Assembly: GCA_965235115.1 (NCBI GenBank)
Contig: OZ249438.1
Location: 30,008,001-30,072,000, forward strand
Length of the DNA stretch: 64,000 nucleotides
Direction of reading: 5' to 3'
Source of the DNA: Laetmonice hystrix
Taxonomy: Eukaryota
Below the pieces are notes generated by a model. The model was not told the DNA's origin, did no database searches, and was given only the letters and a program-made list of their open reading frames with translations. Positions 1 through 13,560 of the stretch are shown here, piece by piece. Position numbers and translations under genes: made by a program. How positions within the stretch are numbered: the first letter of the stretch is position 1; the number at the start of each line of letters is the position of its first letter.

Positions 1-833
1 TTTTCTTGAGGTTGAGTACCTTTTTCAATCCCTCTTTTTGACCGCGTTGCGATTTATATTCGGAGATGTTCTGCTGCTGCCTGAGGTGCATTGGATCCAA
101 ATCGACCCAGGCGAGCAGGAAAATCAAGTAGTGACTGAATGGATATGGCAAACACATTCAATTCATCGCACAAGGCGGACAACTGCTCATTCTCCTGGAA
201 AAAACGGAATCAGGAAGACGGCTGCATTCTCCAGCCTTGGACATGAGGTCGACGGCCGAATCAAATTCCTTTCCATTGTACGGTCAGAACAATATTTCAT
301 AATTACGTACTGTGTGCAAGTCGAACCATGCTCACGTGATGCCAATGAAAAAGTTATTCACCTGGAACGGTGCCTGGGGCGAAGTTTGTCAATGGGGCAC
401 GGTCGACGCGGGCGAGGCTTTGCAGGTTGCAGGCAGGATGCCTTCATCACTCTTCAGTATTGTAATGCTGTGCATTGAAAATCTGTCAGTTTGCACTGAT
501 CAACCCCTTAAAGCACCCCCTCCCTCCTGATCCCCGTCATAGAACTGAAAATGACTTCGGGCCAGCATTTATCAAACTTCCACACATGAAAGTTAAGGGC
601 GGCACTCAGAAATCAATCAAAAATACAAAAGAATTCTAAACTTCACATCGTATACATAACGAGGTAACTTCGCAAGGGTTAAACCAATCAATTCTGAGCA
701 AGGCAACTGCGTCATTTACCAATTACCGATACCACACTTAGGCCTATGATACGTGCAAGCCTAGGTCGGTATGTTTTTACTTTATTTAAGTTACGATAAC
801 GGACTTCACTGGCTAGAATAATGGTACATCTCC

Positions 834-917
834 CATGATAACTTAAACCCCACGAAATTTGGTAGAAAGTAAAGACCCCTAATCCAGGTCCCTACAACGG
901 CCAAAAACATATCCCTA
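834..917 (+). repeat. Partial inverted copy (one terminal arm plus internal part) of the MITE at 26987-27157
   Basis: catgataacttaaaccccacgaaatttggtagaaagtaaaga aligns with the reverse complement of the 27157 end (catggtaacttaacccccacgaaatttggttagaagtaaaaga). The downstream ccctaatccaggtcccta...catatcccta also matches ccctaacaccggtcgcta...gatatcccta. No second arm was found nearby. Confidence 0.7.
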
Positions 918-3900
918 TATAGCTACAGCTTAGAGGAAACCACTACTCCCAACTTGAAGATATTAGCCTATCAGACCTAAATGGCAGATCTAGATAACCT
1001 TTGGCACCATTCCATTGGTGAATATTATCACCAAAAAACAGTTTCATAAGTCAGAGTTGGACCAAATTTGTCTTCTTCAGCCACGACCCGATGAATGGGA
1101 TCAAGGTCAAGTCGACGTACTGTCACTCGAGGACCACGTGACACCAACGGTGTCAATGGTACGCGCATGAATACATAACGTCGTCGAGGCATCACTTTCG
1201 CTACATTGGGGCCTAATAATCATCTATCAAGGGTCTGTCCTCAGGAAACCTCAGGCAGCCAGTGGTGAGGGTTGGGTACTTCTAAAGTTAGTGGAAATAT
1301 CGCCTTGGGCGTCAATTCCTGGGCAAAGTGGGAGGGGTAGAATTTGTAAATAAGACTTCGTTCAAAGCACATATGGCCAATGCCTATAGAATTATGCAGC
1401 ACATAGGGCCTAGGCCTATAGAATTATGCAGCTGAGGTAATGTCAACAGAGCAGACTGATACTCCTTTAGTTGTTTGGCTGGGGGTGGACAAGACATAGC
1501 AGCACAGAAATTACAGAATTAAATATCTCATGTTTACATCGCCCTTCGCCGGTTTTGGTGAATTTGGGCCCCTGCCTCATATGTAAATAGGCCTGCCTGT
1601 TGACATAAATTATAGTGACAAAAAGTTGATTGTAAACTGTCCCACAGATGGTAGGTCTTCCTGAATCCTGACTTTGTCCCGACTCTTTTTGACACAGACA
1701 AGTAGAAAAATAAATACGTCTGCACGATGTTATGATGAAACTTTACGTCACAAACCTGACACGTTTCCCTGTCCATCAACCCACACATCATGCCCCTCTG
1801 TCCACCTAATTTGGCTGGGGTCAGTATTTGCCTTGTCCACTATGATTTTTTAAAAGTAAAAAGGTGTTGAATTCATGATCCTCTACCCGAGAGTCTTGAG
1901 AAGGTGTGAACAGTTGGTTAACCGGAAGGCATGAACACAGGATGGCCGGGATGTGTGACCAACTGGCCGTGGACAGCAGGCGTCAACAACAGGGCGCGGA
2001 CAATGAGGGCCGAGAATCGGACCCCTGATAACTCGACACCATCACAGATCCTGTCTGTCAAACCCAAAGGACTTATCAACCTCGAAATAAACGCAGCCTT
2101 TGTTTGTCTTAGGTCGGCAGAGAGGAAGTTTCACGCAGACAACATCTTGCCCTTAGTGAAGCAGCCTTGGGCATCAAGAACAGAAACAGGGGTCAGGGTC
2201 GACTTGGATGCTTACGACAACCCCCGTTCAGTTCCTTGGTAGTTGGCCGAAACCTGACCTCAAATTTTGATCTTTATCTTGTAGTCTTCCATCAAGTGCC
2301 GACAACATTCATGAGGCTGGCGTCACCTGATGAGAGACTCCAGTGTGGTGTCTAAGGATGGTGGACGTTGGTACAGCTGTATATATATCGATTACGCTAC
2401 ACGTCCCTCTGCCCTTTCAGACGCAGTAGCTGGCCTCAACAAGGGGGTTACCATAACCCATTGCTCGAGTATTGTGTCAAGGTTGTTGATACTCTATTTC
2501 TTTTTATCTCGTTCAGTGGTGAAGGGCTGAAAGAACTGAGAGACGAATGGGTAATTAATAAATTGATGCCCAATCCTAACGGTACACGATTCATGTTCAA
2601 ACTGAATCCATCATTATCCAGTCGAATGGTAGGTGAATGCCAATGACACCATTTTGTGACGGGTTCAAAAGTATGCTAATATCAGCAGATAAAGTTCCCC
2701 CAACCCTATATTTTGTCAACTTATAACTACAGACAACTGTCTTGAATATATGATAGACAATACGGTTATCTCTCAAATAACAGTGAAAATATGATTTCTC
2801 CTCCCGAGTCACCTTAACTTTCACCGCAAATACATGTAGTGTGAAGGATGCACACAGTGTATACAAGGAAGGTGTTTGTGCAGACACTTCCTTACCATGA
2901 GTTTATAGCATATACTCCCCCTCCCTATACCAGGAGAAACCGTAAAGTATACTGTCACTACGATATCCATAAAAACATACCTTCTATACTCGAACAATTG
3001 CCTACACTTTGCAAAGAGTTATATGCCTAGTAAGTGCCCAGCGCTAACGTATAAAATATCTCTCATTGGTGCCTGGATCATACAGAATTAGCCACAGGCG
3101 TGTTTTGATACTATGCCACCTATTGCATCATGGTTCACGTGTCGCAAACAGACCATCATCGATCCGTGCTGACCCGACCTTTTTCACAACAACACACTAT
3201 TAGGATGCCGGTGGTAGGCCTATGTAGGATCTGGGGCGTTATCCCCACCGACATTTCAGACTCCTTGTGGCCGCGCTGTTGTGATATTGTCATCTGTAAA
3301 GCAGTTCCTTCTGGCCTAGCCTCGGGAGGAGGACTCTAAGGTCAGGTCTCGGTTCTCGTCTCACCGTGAAACCGAACAGGTCTGCTGCCGTCGGCCTCAG
3401 GCACACCAAACAGCCAGCCAACACTTCCTATTTTTTTGTTGGAAAAACATCTAAGGGAGTTCAGGGAAATATAGCAGTACCCACATACAAAGCCGACCTT
3501 GGAGCGTTCAGAAATGACATTTCAGGAATGAGTAAAACACCTGGGAAGTTCCCATCAACAGGTGTCCCGTCCCGACCGTGGGCGGACGTGTAGCCTTTTG
3601 GTCCAGAGTGTGGCCTACCTGCTCCCTGATTGCTCTTTGCTGAAGTTAATTTGCCAATATAACACAGCCTCTCATAACTCTAAGAGTGCAAAATCGAAAT
3701 CTTAAAACTTCTGCATTTGATTCTGGCCGGCGTACTTGAATAGCTTAACATAGGCCTATAGTATTTTCCAGAGAGGCCATGAATAAAACATGATCGGCTT
3801 GGCACGGCTTTACCAGACCCCATCCAACACTCAAATCAGTATATTTATGTAGAGCGACCCAGCTTCGGTCCACGTACTTCAACTACTTCTTCTTTATGTG

Positions 3901-6900
3901 ACCTTTGAAGCCTTTCATGTCTCATGTAGAGCCGATATTCATGTTGGTATGAAACATGTGAATTAACCTTGCCTCGATGACTGAATGAATCAAATACTGC
4001 CATACGAGGGCGTTAGAGGCTAAATGAAGCGCGGCCTTTGACAGCACAATGGCTTTGTGTCTATGGATGTGGCGGCCAAATGTGGGCCTGCCGCGGGCAA
4101 CCTCAACTATGGAGGTTCTAATGACACGGTAGGAGACAAGGGTAGCAGCCAGCATGCAACGCTAGAACCTTAAACCCTATCTTGCATGCGTCCGTGCAAT
4201 TATGTCTTTCTCTGTAGTCTGGTTCCGTGTAAACAGGCCCGAGATTTGCCTTTCCTTTCCTGAACTCACTTTTTCTCTGCAAAACAATTGTGAAGCAGAT
4301 ACCGAGAAGTGAAACAGAAAATAAGTACAAATGTACCTGAGAATAGTACTGGCACTTTGGTTATTCCAAATGTCTCGTATTTCGATATAATCCGGGCCAA
4401 CCGTTGATCCGCTTCTGAATCTCCACTCATACAAGACATGACGTGCAATATCTCCTATGCTAATCAAAATTGTTGCTTTGACCTAGTTTTCTTTCAGTAT
4501 GCTACGAAAAAGGTTCACTTGAAATGTTATTACTTTGATGCAAAAAAGATGTAATCGTCAATATGGATTTTTTTGCCAGAATGTGGCAGGTCAGAGGCTT
4601 TGGTTTTATGCACGTTTTATGATCGCAAGAATATATGAAAAGTATGATGGCAGGCCTTGAGGCTATTGTCAATTGAAATATTCATCCATCTGGGCTTGAC
4701 CCTTGAGTGCCATATAGAGTAAACATGGCCTATAAACTTGATTACATAGCTGGGCACATATCATCACTTAAGCCACAGCCTCCATTGCTACAAATCTTGG
4801 ATGAAAAACTGGCTGACAATAAAAAGTACCGGCAGGTAATCAGCGCGATATGAGAGAAACTTAACCTCTAGCCTTGGAAGAAATTGGCGGGTCCGAGCAC
4901 AAGGCGCCAATGCCACGTTAACCCTTAAAACAGCATAATATCACGTTTCTTCGACGACGCTCACCATAATGAACCATGGCAGATGATGCAGCAGCAACAG
5001 AGAGACATATGGGAACAACTGCTGTCTCCCAGTCTGTGTCCAACCGGCGCCTTGCCTTTGGGATACATACATCTTTAATTTGGCGTGCACAAACGTCTAG
5101 TATTTGATTGATCTATGTGGCAAGGGGCCCGTCGTAAGCCTCCCAGGGCCTGGGACAACTACAGTAACTGTAAGTGAGACGGGAGGTGCCGAAGCCAAAA
5201 CTTTCCATGTTTTTGCGCGTGTGCTGGCAAAGACTACATGTCTACATGAGAAACAGAAAACGTCTCTGCCAGAAATTGGTGTACGCACCACCATCAACCT
5301 ATAGCACTGTGCCAGCACTTGAGTTGGAGAGTCAGCGTATACAATATATTATTTGTGTCGTTCTTAGTTTGGTATCGCCGTTAGGCGTCATATTATGGGC
5401 AATGAAAAGATCAAATAAGGCCTATAACTTCTTTTGGGGATTTCATATTGAAAATGTCGATATCGAGGAAAAAGTGGTTATAAATATATAATCTAGTCCA
5501 GTATAAATACAGGGTAAATGCACTAGGTTGAAGAAATTGATTCTGGGGGATAGAGGACAAATATATGGATTTACACGCAAGGAAGAGCGAACACATTATC
5601 CGATATTTTCATAACGGCAAAGGCATAAATGGGTTGACTAAGCTACCCAACAGTGGCACTGGGGGGATGCCATCTGAGCTGACTTTACACGGGAGTAATA
5701 TGGGTCTTTTGACAAACAGCAACGACCCTAGTCTCGTTGTACCCAGTAACAAAGGCAGTGAACGGGGAGAGCCCATGCCTCTCGTGAGTCTGCGACAATC
5801 CTGGCCGCGCCATTAGCATGTCACTTTGCTGTGAAGGGTTCTCATTCGGCTGTGCTGACTACTTAACACAGAAAACCCCGGCCGCCCCAATGCCCTCAGG
5901 CACCGGCAGCTTTCGTTCACATACATCTGGAATGGTCAAACAAAAACATGGGACAGCCAACGTTTATGCAAAATAGAAACACAGCCTTGCTCTTAACTCT
6001 GCAGTTTACACTTGGCCAACGCCGGGCCCTTCCCCTGATCAGCTCACGCCACCACATAAAAAAAACTGAAAAAGAGCAATTGTGGTCGCCGGCTTCAATA
6101 CATTCATGGGTCCAGCATATCGTCATTAACTGTTCTTGATTGAGTTCACCCCGTGACATTGGGTGACTCTGTTATCGTCTCAAAGAAACTGAGAATCACT
6201 TGAAGTCATAGCAACCTGTGCGCATAGTCCCTGGGGTGTGAATCACATAAAAACACTTGGGTACACCTGATCCCTTACCTGTGTAGATACAGGTGCAAAA
6301 GTGGAGACGCGAACATAAAACGGGGTGGGGGAGGAAGTATATCTCTCAATGAAGCAACACCAACGAGAACTATCAGGGTCTTTTGGCCGAGAGACACAAA
6401 TTGCATCATGGCAGGGCCGACCAGCGTGACCTCTTGCGCTGAGATAATGTCCCCCTAGAAGGCCAACGATTGTGTTGTGTTGTGTAGGTGACTGTGTAGA
6501 GGTGAGGAGGTGAAGCTGCCAATTACCATAGACAAGGTGGTATGTATGCCTGCAGAGCCGCGGGCATCAGTGGGCCCGTGTTGATTCACTGACTGGCAGT
6601 GCCCAGATGGAAGGGTGCAGATAAGGCGACCGCTATGATGAAGCAGGTGGGCGGAGGGTCACGTGGGCCTTGTGACCTTACTGCACGACTCCCTGGCTGA
6701 GGGCATTAAAGGTTTGCTACGTTACAGAAAGGATGCATGTCTTGGGGCGTCAAAGGGTCTCATCTTACCATCCTGAGGGCATCAAAGGATGTGTCCCACA
6801 CAATATGGGAGCCCGACCGGGGGGGCACCAAATGGTGCATGCCCACCTTAGTATTGGTGACTTACTGCGAACACTATACCAATCTCACTCATACTGGAAC

Positions 6901-9900
6901 TTGGGCCCTACAGTCAATGCCTATACCTTATACGACCTGTCGATGCCTACCTTATACGACTGGCCATCTTCAAAATTCCTATCAATTGAGCGACTCACTA
7001 CCTGTCCTATTATACCACTGCGTAAAGCCCATACCTATTGCTTTTACTTACCTTGTGTGGTATCAGGGCTAACTCATTATTCATTTGCGGTACTTGTGTA
7101 GAGAATAATTACAACTAAGTCTGCGTAAGGATTGAGAGCTAAAAAAAACTAAGAATAATATACTGGATACTGGTGCACTATATAATACCGGCACTCCTTT
7201 CCACTTGAGTTGGGTTACATTGACGAGTCCCCTAAGATTTGGCTATATGTGAAGTTTTTATTGTCTGTACGCATACGGTTATTCCTTTACTGGGTCCTCA
7301 TGCCTCACAGCCTCTGCGGGGGTTTTCACGCGACGAGATGGCCGCCCCTGTCGGCATTCGGATCGACAAATGTTAATTTCAGCATCAGTATGTTCCTGGC
7401 AATTGGATTTACTATTCCGGCCACTGTACCATCTCATTTGTGGGACTGGATTCTTATTCATGCATGATTTTTTTTGTATTTTCATTACTTCACTGTCGAC
7501 TACATGCATTACATGTTTTAAACGGACCCGTGGTTTTCATCACATTCTGAGCCATGTTTTGCGGAAGGTGAAAAATGTTCCTAGGCTATTTTTTTAATCA
7601 AATGTGTCTTTTTACCAAATGAAACTGAGACCAGTATAGGAGATAGCTACGAGAGTCGTAATATGCATGTATACAATGGTCCTTAGCCTCCTACATTATA
7701 CTTCTGAACTCCGGCTGAATTTACCATACTTCAACTGTCATTTTAATACGATAATAATACAGTCTGAAAAAAACCCTACAATTGACATTTTCATTGAGGT
7801 CGCGGCTTACCTGATTTGAATTATTTATACAAACAACTGGATGGCCTAGTTTCTGTTGGGTATTTTATTGACATGATAACCTATAATCTGGACATTTATA
7901 AGCGTCTCTATCAATCCTGTTGCGGGGAAAAGGTTTTAATTCTAGCCATTATCAAATGCTACGAGGATGTAAACCTCCTTCGAGCTTTTTCACATGCCAT
8001 GCAAACGCTCAACTCAGTCCCTCAGAGGTTACAATAAAAAAATGCTTCCTGATCCCGATTTCTTCATGGGTTAGTCTACAAAACAGAGCATAGGTACAAT
8101 GTGCATGCAAAGGAAAGTTTTGTGATGTGCTCAAAATCAAAGAAAGAAAGACATAGGTAACAAACTAAATTGTATTTTTCCCCCTTTAATGCAATAGTAC
8201 TACTAGTTTTGTTAACTGTATTTTGACAATGTAAGATGAATTTTCGAAAGCCTCTTTGTATGGAAAATTAAAAGTGGCAGCCATGGTTATTTGCCTAAGA
8301 ACATGAAGCATCTCTGAACCGTCAGATGACTGACTGATGTGTTGATAACCCGAATAAGGTGAAAGACCGTCTTGTCTTCCTTGTAACCTCAATCCTCGGT
8401 GAACAGTCTTACTGAAAGACCTTTTGATTCCCTGACAACTTAAACAACCCGGAATTATAAGTCGGGTTCTGTGCCAATCAAGAACAAAGATTTTCATGAA
8501 TAATTTTCTTCTTCTTCTTCAGAAAGAAATGTGTGCATCAATCAAACCATCATGAAAACACCTTTTACTGAAATGTAGTACCCAAAGGTTCCTCCGAAGC
8601 ATCGAATCGTTTCCCAACCTAATGTACACCTCCACCCTAGCATTCAGAACCTCAGCCTACAATTGAAGCATTCAAGTGTCTTTTGAAGCTGGTGCGCATA
8701 TGTATACACACAGACCATAGGCTGACTACCACCCTTCGCCTCCCAAGGCTGCCACACATTAATGGTATAGTCAGTAATAACACTGCAATTACCCATCCCC
8801 TAAAGCGACCGGTTGACAGACCCTATTAGTCTGGTCTTCAGGGCCAGCATTAGAGGTTATTTTGTCATTCACCAGCCATAAACTCAAGGAGAAACTTGAA
8901 TCAATTACACCTGCTGGTAAAGCTTGTTTCAAAAGAGAAAACTTTAGTGGATACTCGTATCAGATAAAAGCTGTGAATAAACACAAAACGCCAAAAAGAC
9001 ACAAAAATCAAGCGAAAGGTGTAACAAAAGGAACAGCGATATATCTGGTGATATCTAACTGGAGATCTTATGTTTTGAATACCTTATGTACATATTCCTA
9101 TGATCTTAAGCGGTGGTACCTGTTTTACTCCCAGTGACATACATATCAACAAGATAATATCAAACCTTTTTGTCAGGCAGTTCACCGGGATTAGACAGGT
9201 TCTTTCAGCGTGATGCTTCAGTGCACATGAGAGACCATGGACTAAGTCAAAAGATATTCTTTCTAAGGAACTCTGATATATCATATTTTGTAGCAGACTC
9301 GTTATGCCACTCTGGCAGTACACCATAGTATTCTGGCCAGAAAAGTCAGTGATCTACTGAGATTGTGGTTCCCATTCAGAGAGGCTTTGTGGGAGTAGTC
9401 ATTACAGCCGCAAATTTCACAGATAATGGATGGAATGTTGGTCTTGCAGGTGGTTGTTGTGGTTGGAGGCGCGGAGTGTGTGGATTATTCGCTCTTGATC
9501 CAGGCGCCCTTTCAAATATTGCATTGAATATTTCGAACTACAGTCTATACAAAAGCAGTACAACTTTTCTGTTGTTTCTTTAAAGTCAACACCGAAAAGG
9601 GATCGTCTGACAAACTACAACAGATAATATTGTATCGTTATTGATAGGGATACTCCCACGATTCCATGGCCTGTTGCTCTGTAAAAGTGGCTTGTGTGAC
9701 GCCTGGAGTGCCTTGAGGCACGTTGCATAACTCTCCGTTTACTAAAATCTCCATTCAAATTTGAAAAGGAATTTTAAGCAATGGCATATTATGCTGAACT
9801 ACCCTGCCATCCTAGTCCACCAGAGGGCACCTCTGGCAGACAGCTTAACAGGCCTGGACACACTGGGTACAAAGAGGCAGAGGGTAGTTGGTTGTTCTTA

Positions 9901-10603
9901 TTCAGTTGAATTAAGTCTGACCAAGTGTACAACCTACCTTCTCCTACAGGTTATCAATGGACTTATAAAGAATCGGGACAGCAATCAATCTGTGAAATGT
10001 GACTACCAACAACATCAGAATCAAGCTGAGGCGCTGCTAGCAAATGCTTTTTAGATTAATTATTACGCGTAACTAATAAGTTAATATAGGCATGTTTAGT
10101 CCATATTACGCCATCTAATCGATCAAACTGGGGTCATCACGACAACGATCCTTTCCATCATTATGTTTATATTTCTGAACACCGGGCGTGTTTACATTTT
10201 TAAAAGAATAAAAAATATTTTTCTCTGTACGCTTAACCTTTTCTGCCTGTTTTTAGCTCTCTATGGCTACAGCCTAAAAAACATCATAAATAAAACGTGC
10301 ATTTCGTGCTTTACAACCAGATGATGAGTAAAAGGCCGTTGTTTTGATGTTAAGAACCACTGAAGCGAATAACTTTAATGGCCTAACAGCGTTATGGCAG
10401 GTCTCTCCCGCCATATGATAATATTATTGTTCATGTTCGCTTCAACCTGTCTCCCCACGCACGTTACCAGACGCCTCCTGCGGTCCATACACATCATAAA
10501 CATGCCAAATAAACCTATTTCAAGGTTGTATATAAAGTTAATTCAATATTAATAAACAATTTTTCTTTTTTAACGCTTTTAAAATTGCAGAATGTCTGCC
10601 TCT

Positions 10604-10654
10604 CAATAATAGGTTGAAAAGAGCGGGTATCAGACCATCACATGCATACACACC
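10604..10654 (-). pseudogene. Possible decayed non-LTR (RTE-like) reverse transcriptase fragment
   Basis: The minus strand reads GVYACDGLIPALFNLLL, resembling the RT motif GVRQGDGLSPLLFNL. It is preceded by a stop codon and I could not extend it. Motif recall only. Confidence 0.3.
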
Positions 10655-13289
10655 TAATTAACCCTCAAGGTGATCAATACAATGATAACATCAACACTGT
10701 TGAACATCCTCAACGATACTCCAGCTGTTCGGCTCGCAATTACCCAAGGACTTAATCTATAACTGGAGTGTGGCAGACCTGAATGATTCATGTCACCAGC
10801 AGGCACTGCAGCCTCTGCCTCATACCAACTGAAAACGTCCAAACCACTCACTCCATCTAACAGCCGCTCCTAAATTGTTAGATGCTTGTCTATAGAAGCC
10901 TGGAACAAAAGAATGCATGTGAAATTCCTGAGACTGTCTATTAATATTCGAGGGAGTTTGTTTTGTAAGTTTAGCTCAAGATACGTTTTTTCTGAGCTAG
11001 CACAATATACATGTATATCCCCGGTTGGTTATCATCATTTCAATACATGTTGGATGTTTGATAGAAAGAAGTGTGTTTGACTGGGAAATATTGTCAAATT
11101 TGTTAACTTTATAACCTACTGAATTCATTTATACACACAAACAGCATTCCTACACGCAGTTTATCCCCAATCATTATTATATCATGCACCTAGTCAAAAA
11201 GTATCCTCTTTTATCCTCTAAATACACGTACGGTATTCTCAGGCAGCCTTTTCCACCTATACATTCCCCTTCAAGTATGATTCCTCTACATAAGTTCCAT
11301 CATCTCAACAATTAAATCTCCTTTCATCAAACAGTGGAAACCTTTATGTGGACCAAATATGGACTATAGTCATCCATCAAGTAACAAACAGACCGGCATG
11401 ATTAGACTTATGGCAAGACATGTTGCTGCTTCCGTATGCACTTAATCATGTCGAACAGCCACATTACAAATCTAAACGAAAATTGTAACCCCCTCCCCGT
11501 TTCAATATTCAATTTTATTAAAAGGCAAGTCTATTGATCATATCATAGTATCACTCTCGCCTTTCTTATCACACCCTTCATTTATATCTTCATAGCACGA
11601 GTCGACAATTAAGGCGGACACTCTTTTGAGTCAATATCCTGTTACACGGAAGTCTCTTTTTTTTAAATTCAATTCTCTTTGTGAGCTATGCATGTTATAT
11701 CCTCCGTAACCTCGCCCTATGATTTATGTGTAATCTTTGAGTAGTCTACATGCTTTCAACAGTACTTGTTAGATATTCATCTACAGATGTGTCGTAAATA
11801 ATACCCGGTTTGTGAGATGAATGACTTTATTCAACTCTGGTGTGCCTGGCAAGTAGTCCTCAATTGTCTGCCCAGCCGAGCACAACTAGAATAGCTAATT
11901 TTGAAATATAAATATTTAAGCAGTTGGCATTATTGGTTCAGGAGGGTGACTGTTTGCGCTCTACTTGAAACTATATATTCCTAATAGAACAGCTATTGTG
12001 GGATTATCCATAATAAACAATGTGTTGCTCACTCTAATTCAATAATCAAAGCAAATTTACTACCGGCCGCGACGAACCCATGCATTCTAGCGGTCAGACA
12101 GGTGAAAACTCCAAAGAACGCTAGCAGCCTAAAAGTAAGAGTGTTTTCAGCTCGCTTTATATGAAAATAGGGAACAGAAAAATGTTATTGAAGTTTTTGT
12201 GTCGTTTTCCTAATGGTTGACACAAAATACAGTTGGCTGGAAGAAGTTACGTACATGTACTGGCAACCTAGGAAACTGTGAGCTTTTCATAACTAGCCCT
12301 GTCATGTCATAAAACAGCTCAAATAAAAGGCTGATATCACTTTCAGGATATTTCTTTTGTAAATATGAATCGGCCTCAACATCCCTGTTGATACATAGAT
12401 GCATATGGATCGAGAGGGAAAAAGAAAGCCACCCTGGATGAAACGGCTTCTTCTGGACTGACAAACGTTTCTGGCCAACATACCGGTAACGCCACAAGAA
12501 AATCATCCTAACAAAGCCACTTACTGTGTAACTGATAGAGGCACTTACATTTAACCAGCTATTCTTCACTTGGGTACGATCCTTCTTTTCTCTTCCCATT
12601 CATTTTTTATGCACATCTCGAAGAATGGAGGAAAGTGTACAGGAAGGGAATGAAATGACAGGAGGAGAAAGGGACCAGCACAAAGAAGGATCAAAGAGTG
12701 AATAATGGAGTAAATGAAGGCACAAAGGGACTAGGGAAGGAGCAAGCCCAGCCGGCATAATTGCGCTACCTTATATGTAGGGAGGCAATGAAGTAGTCCA
12801 ATTCTGTTTGTTATGGCTGTAATTGTGCATCAGTACTCCCTTATTTCCGCGGACAAAGGCAGTTAGGAGGCCCTTACTAGAACCCAAATGACAATCACCT
12901 CGCGAACCTGTTGTCTGTGCGTCGCTCTTGTCATGGCTGTCATCGTTGCCAGTACCCAATTTCAACGGGGCAAGGAGCAGTTCCTATACGTGCAGGGTTC
13001 AGCGGGCACGAATCTATGTGCAGGAAATGGGTGCTTTATCAAGCGGTCCCTCACAGTCTTCTCATTTGTTTGCATGATTCAGGCTCCGTCCCCCACCCCC
13101 TCCAACCCGGTTCTTCCCAGTCCATCCCACACCAGCCTGGGCCGGTATATCATACAGCCTGGCACAAAAAATATATAAATATATGCAGTAAATGCTTTGA
13201 TGTTTGGGTCTTTCCATCCTCCCCCGCTCGCGGTTGAACCGCTTCCAGTGATTCACCCTATCCCGCCTGCCCGACTATTCTCAGAAACG

Positions 13290-13560
13290 CGTAGCTCACA
13301 GCGCCATCTGTTTTTTCACCTGATACGGTACCCCGTAGACCAATCAGATTACAGCACTGCTTCAGGCGCGATTAATAAAAATTAGCGTGCATTTCTGGTT
13401 AGCCAATAGGAACGTCCCCGGCCCAGAGGCCGAGAGCGACAGTCAGCACCAGCGCTAGCGACACTGGGCCGCGAGCAGGCCAATGTAGGCCTAATGTTTG
13501 GATGCCAGCGCGAAGCGACGATGACAGGGGAGCTAAACTTTGGAAATTCGCGACAACTCA
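13290..13560. promoter_or_regulatory. CpG-rich promoter-like island with three CCAAT boxes
   Basis: CCAAT at 13340, 13403 and 13480, all on the + strand, in good NF-Y context (GACCAATCAG, AGCCAATAGG, GGCCAATGTA). Local CpG density is high. No linked gene was identified, and a MITE interior cannot be excluded. Confidence 0.35.

Noticed and set aside
1-478. Antisense frame interrupted only by four TGA codons (alternative genetic code or selenoprotein)
   Set aside because: It is explained by the opposite open frame lacking TTA/CTA codons. There is no mitochondrial or selenoprotein similarity, and I saw no SECIS.
3929-3944. 16-bp inverted match GAGCCGATATTCATGT with 34299-34314
   Set aside because: About one 16-mer match is expected by chance in 64 kb over both strands, and the flanks do not extend convincingly.
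11227-11248. miR-137-like sequence on the minus strand
   Set aside because: The seed region is not matched and there is no hairpin partner.
11311-11502. LINE APE endonuclease-like motifs (RGG-VTIFV, GDL) on the minus strand
   Set aside because: Both motifs need indels and the spacing is too short, so this is indistinguishable from chance.
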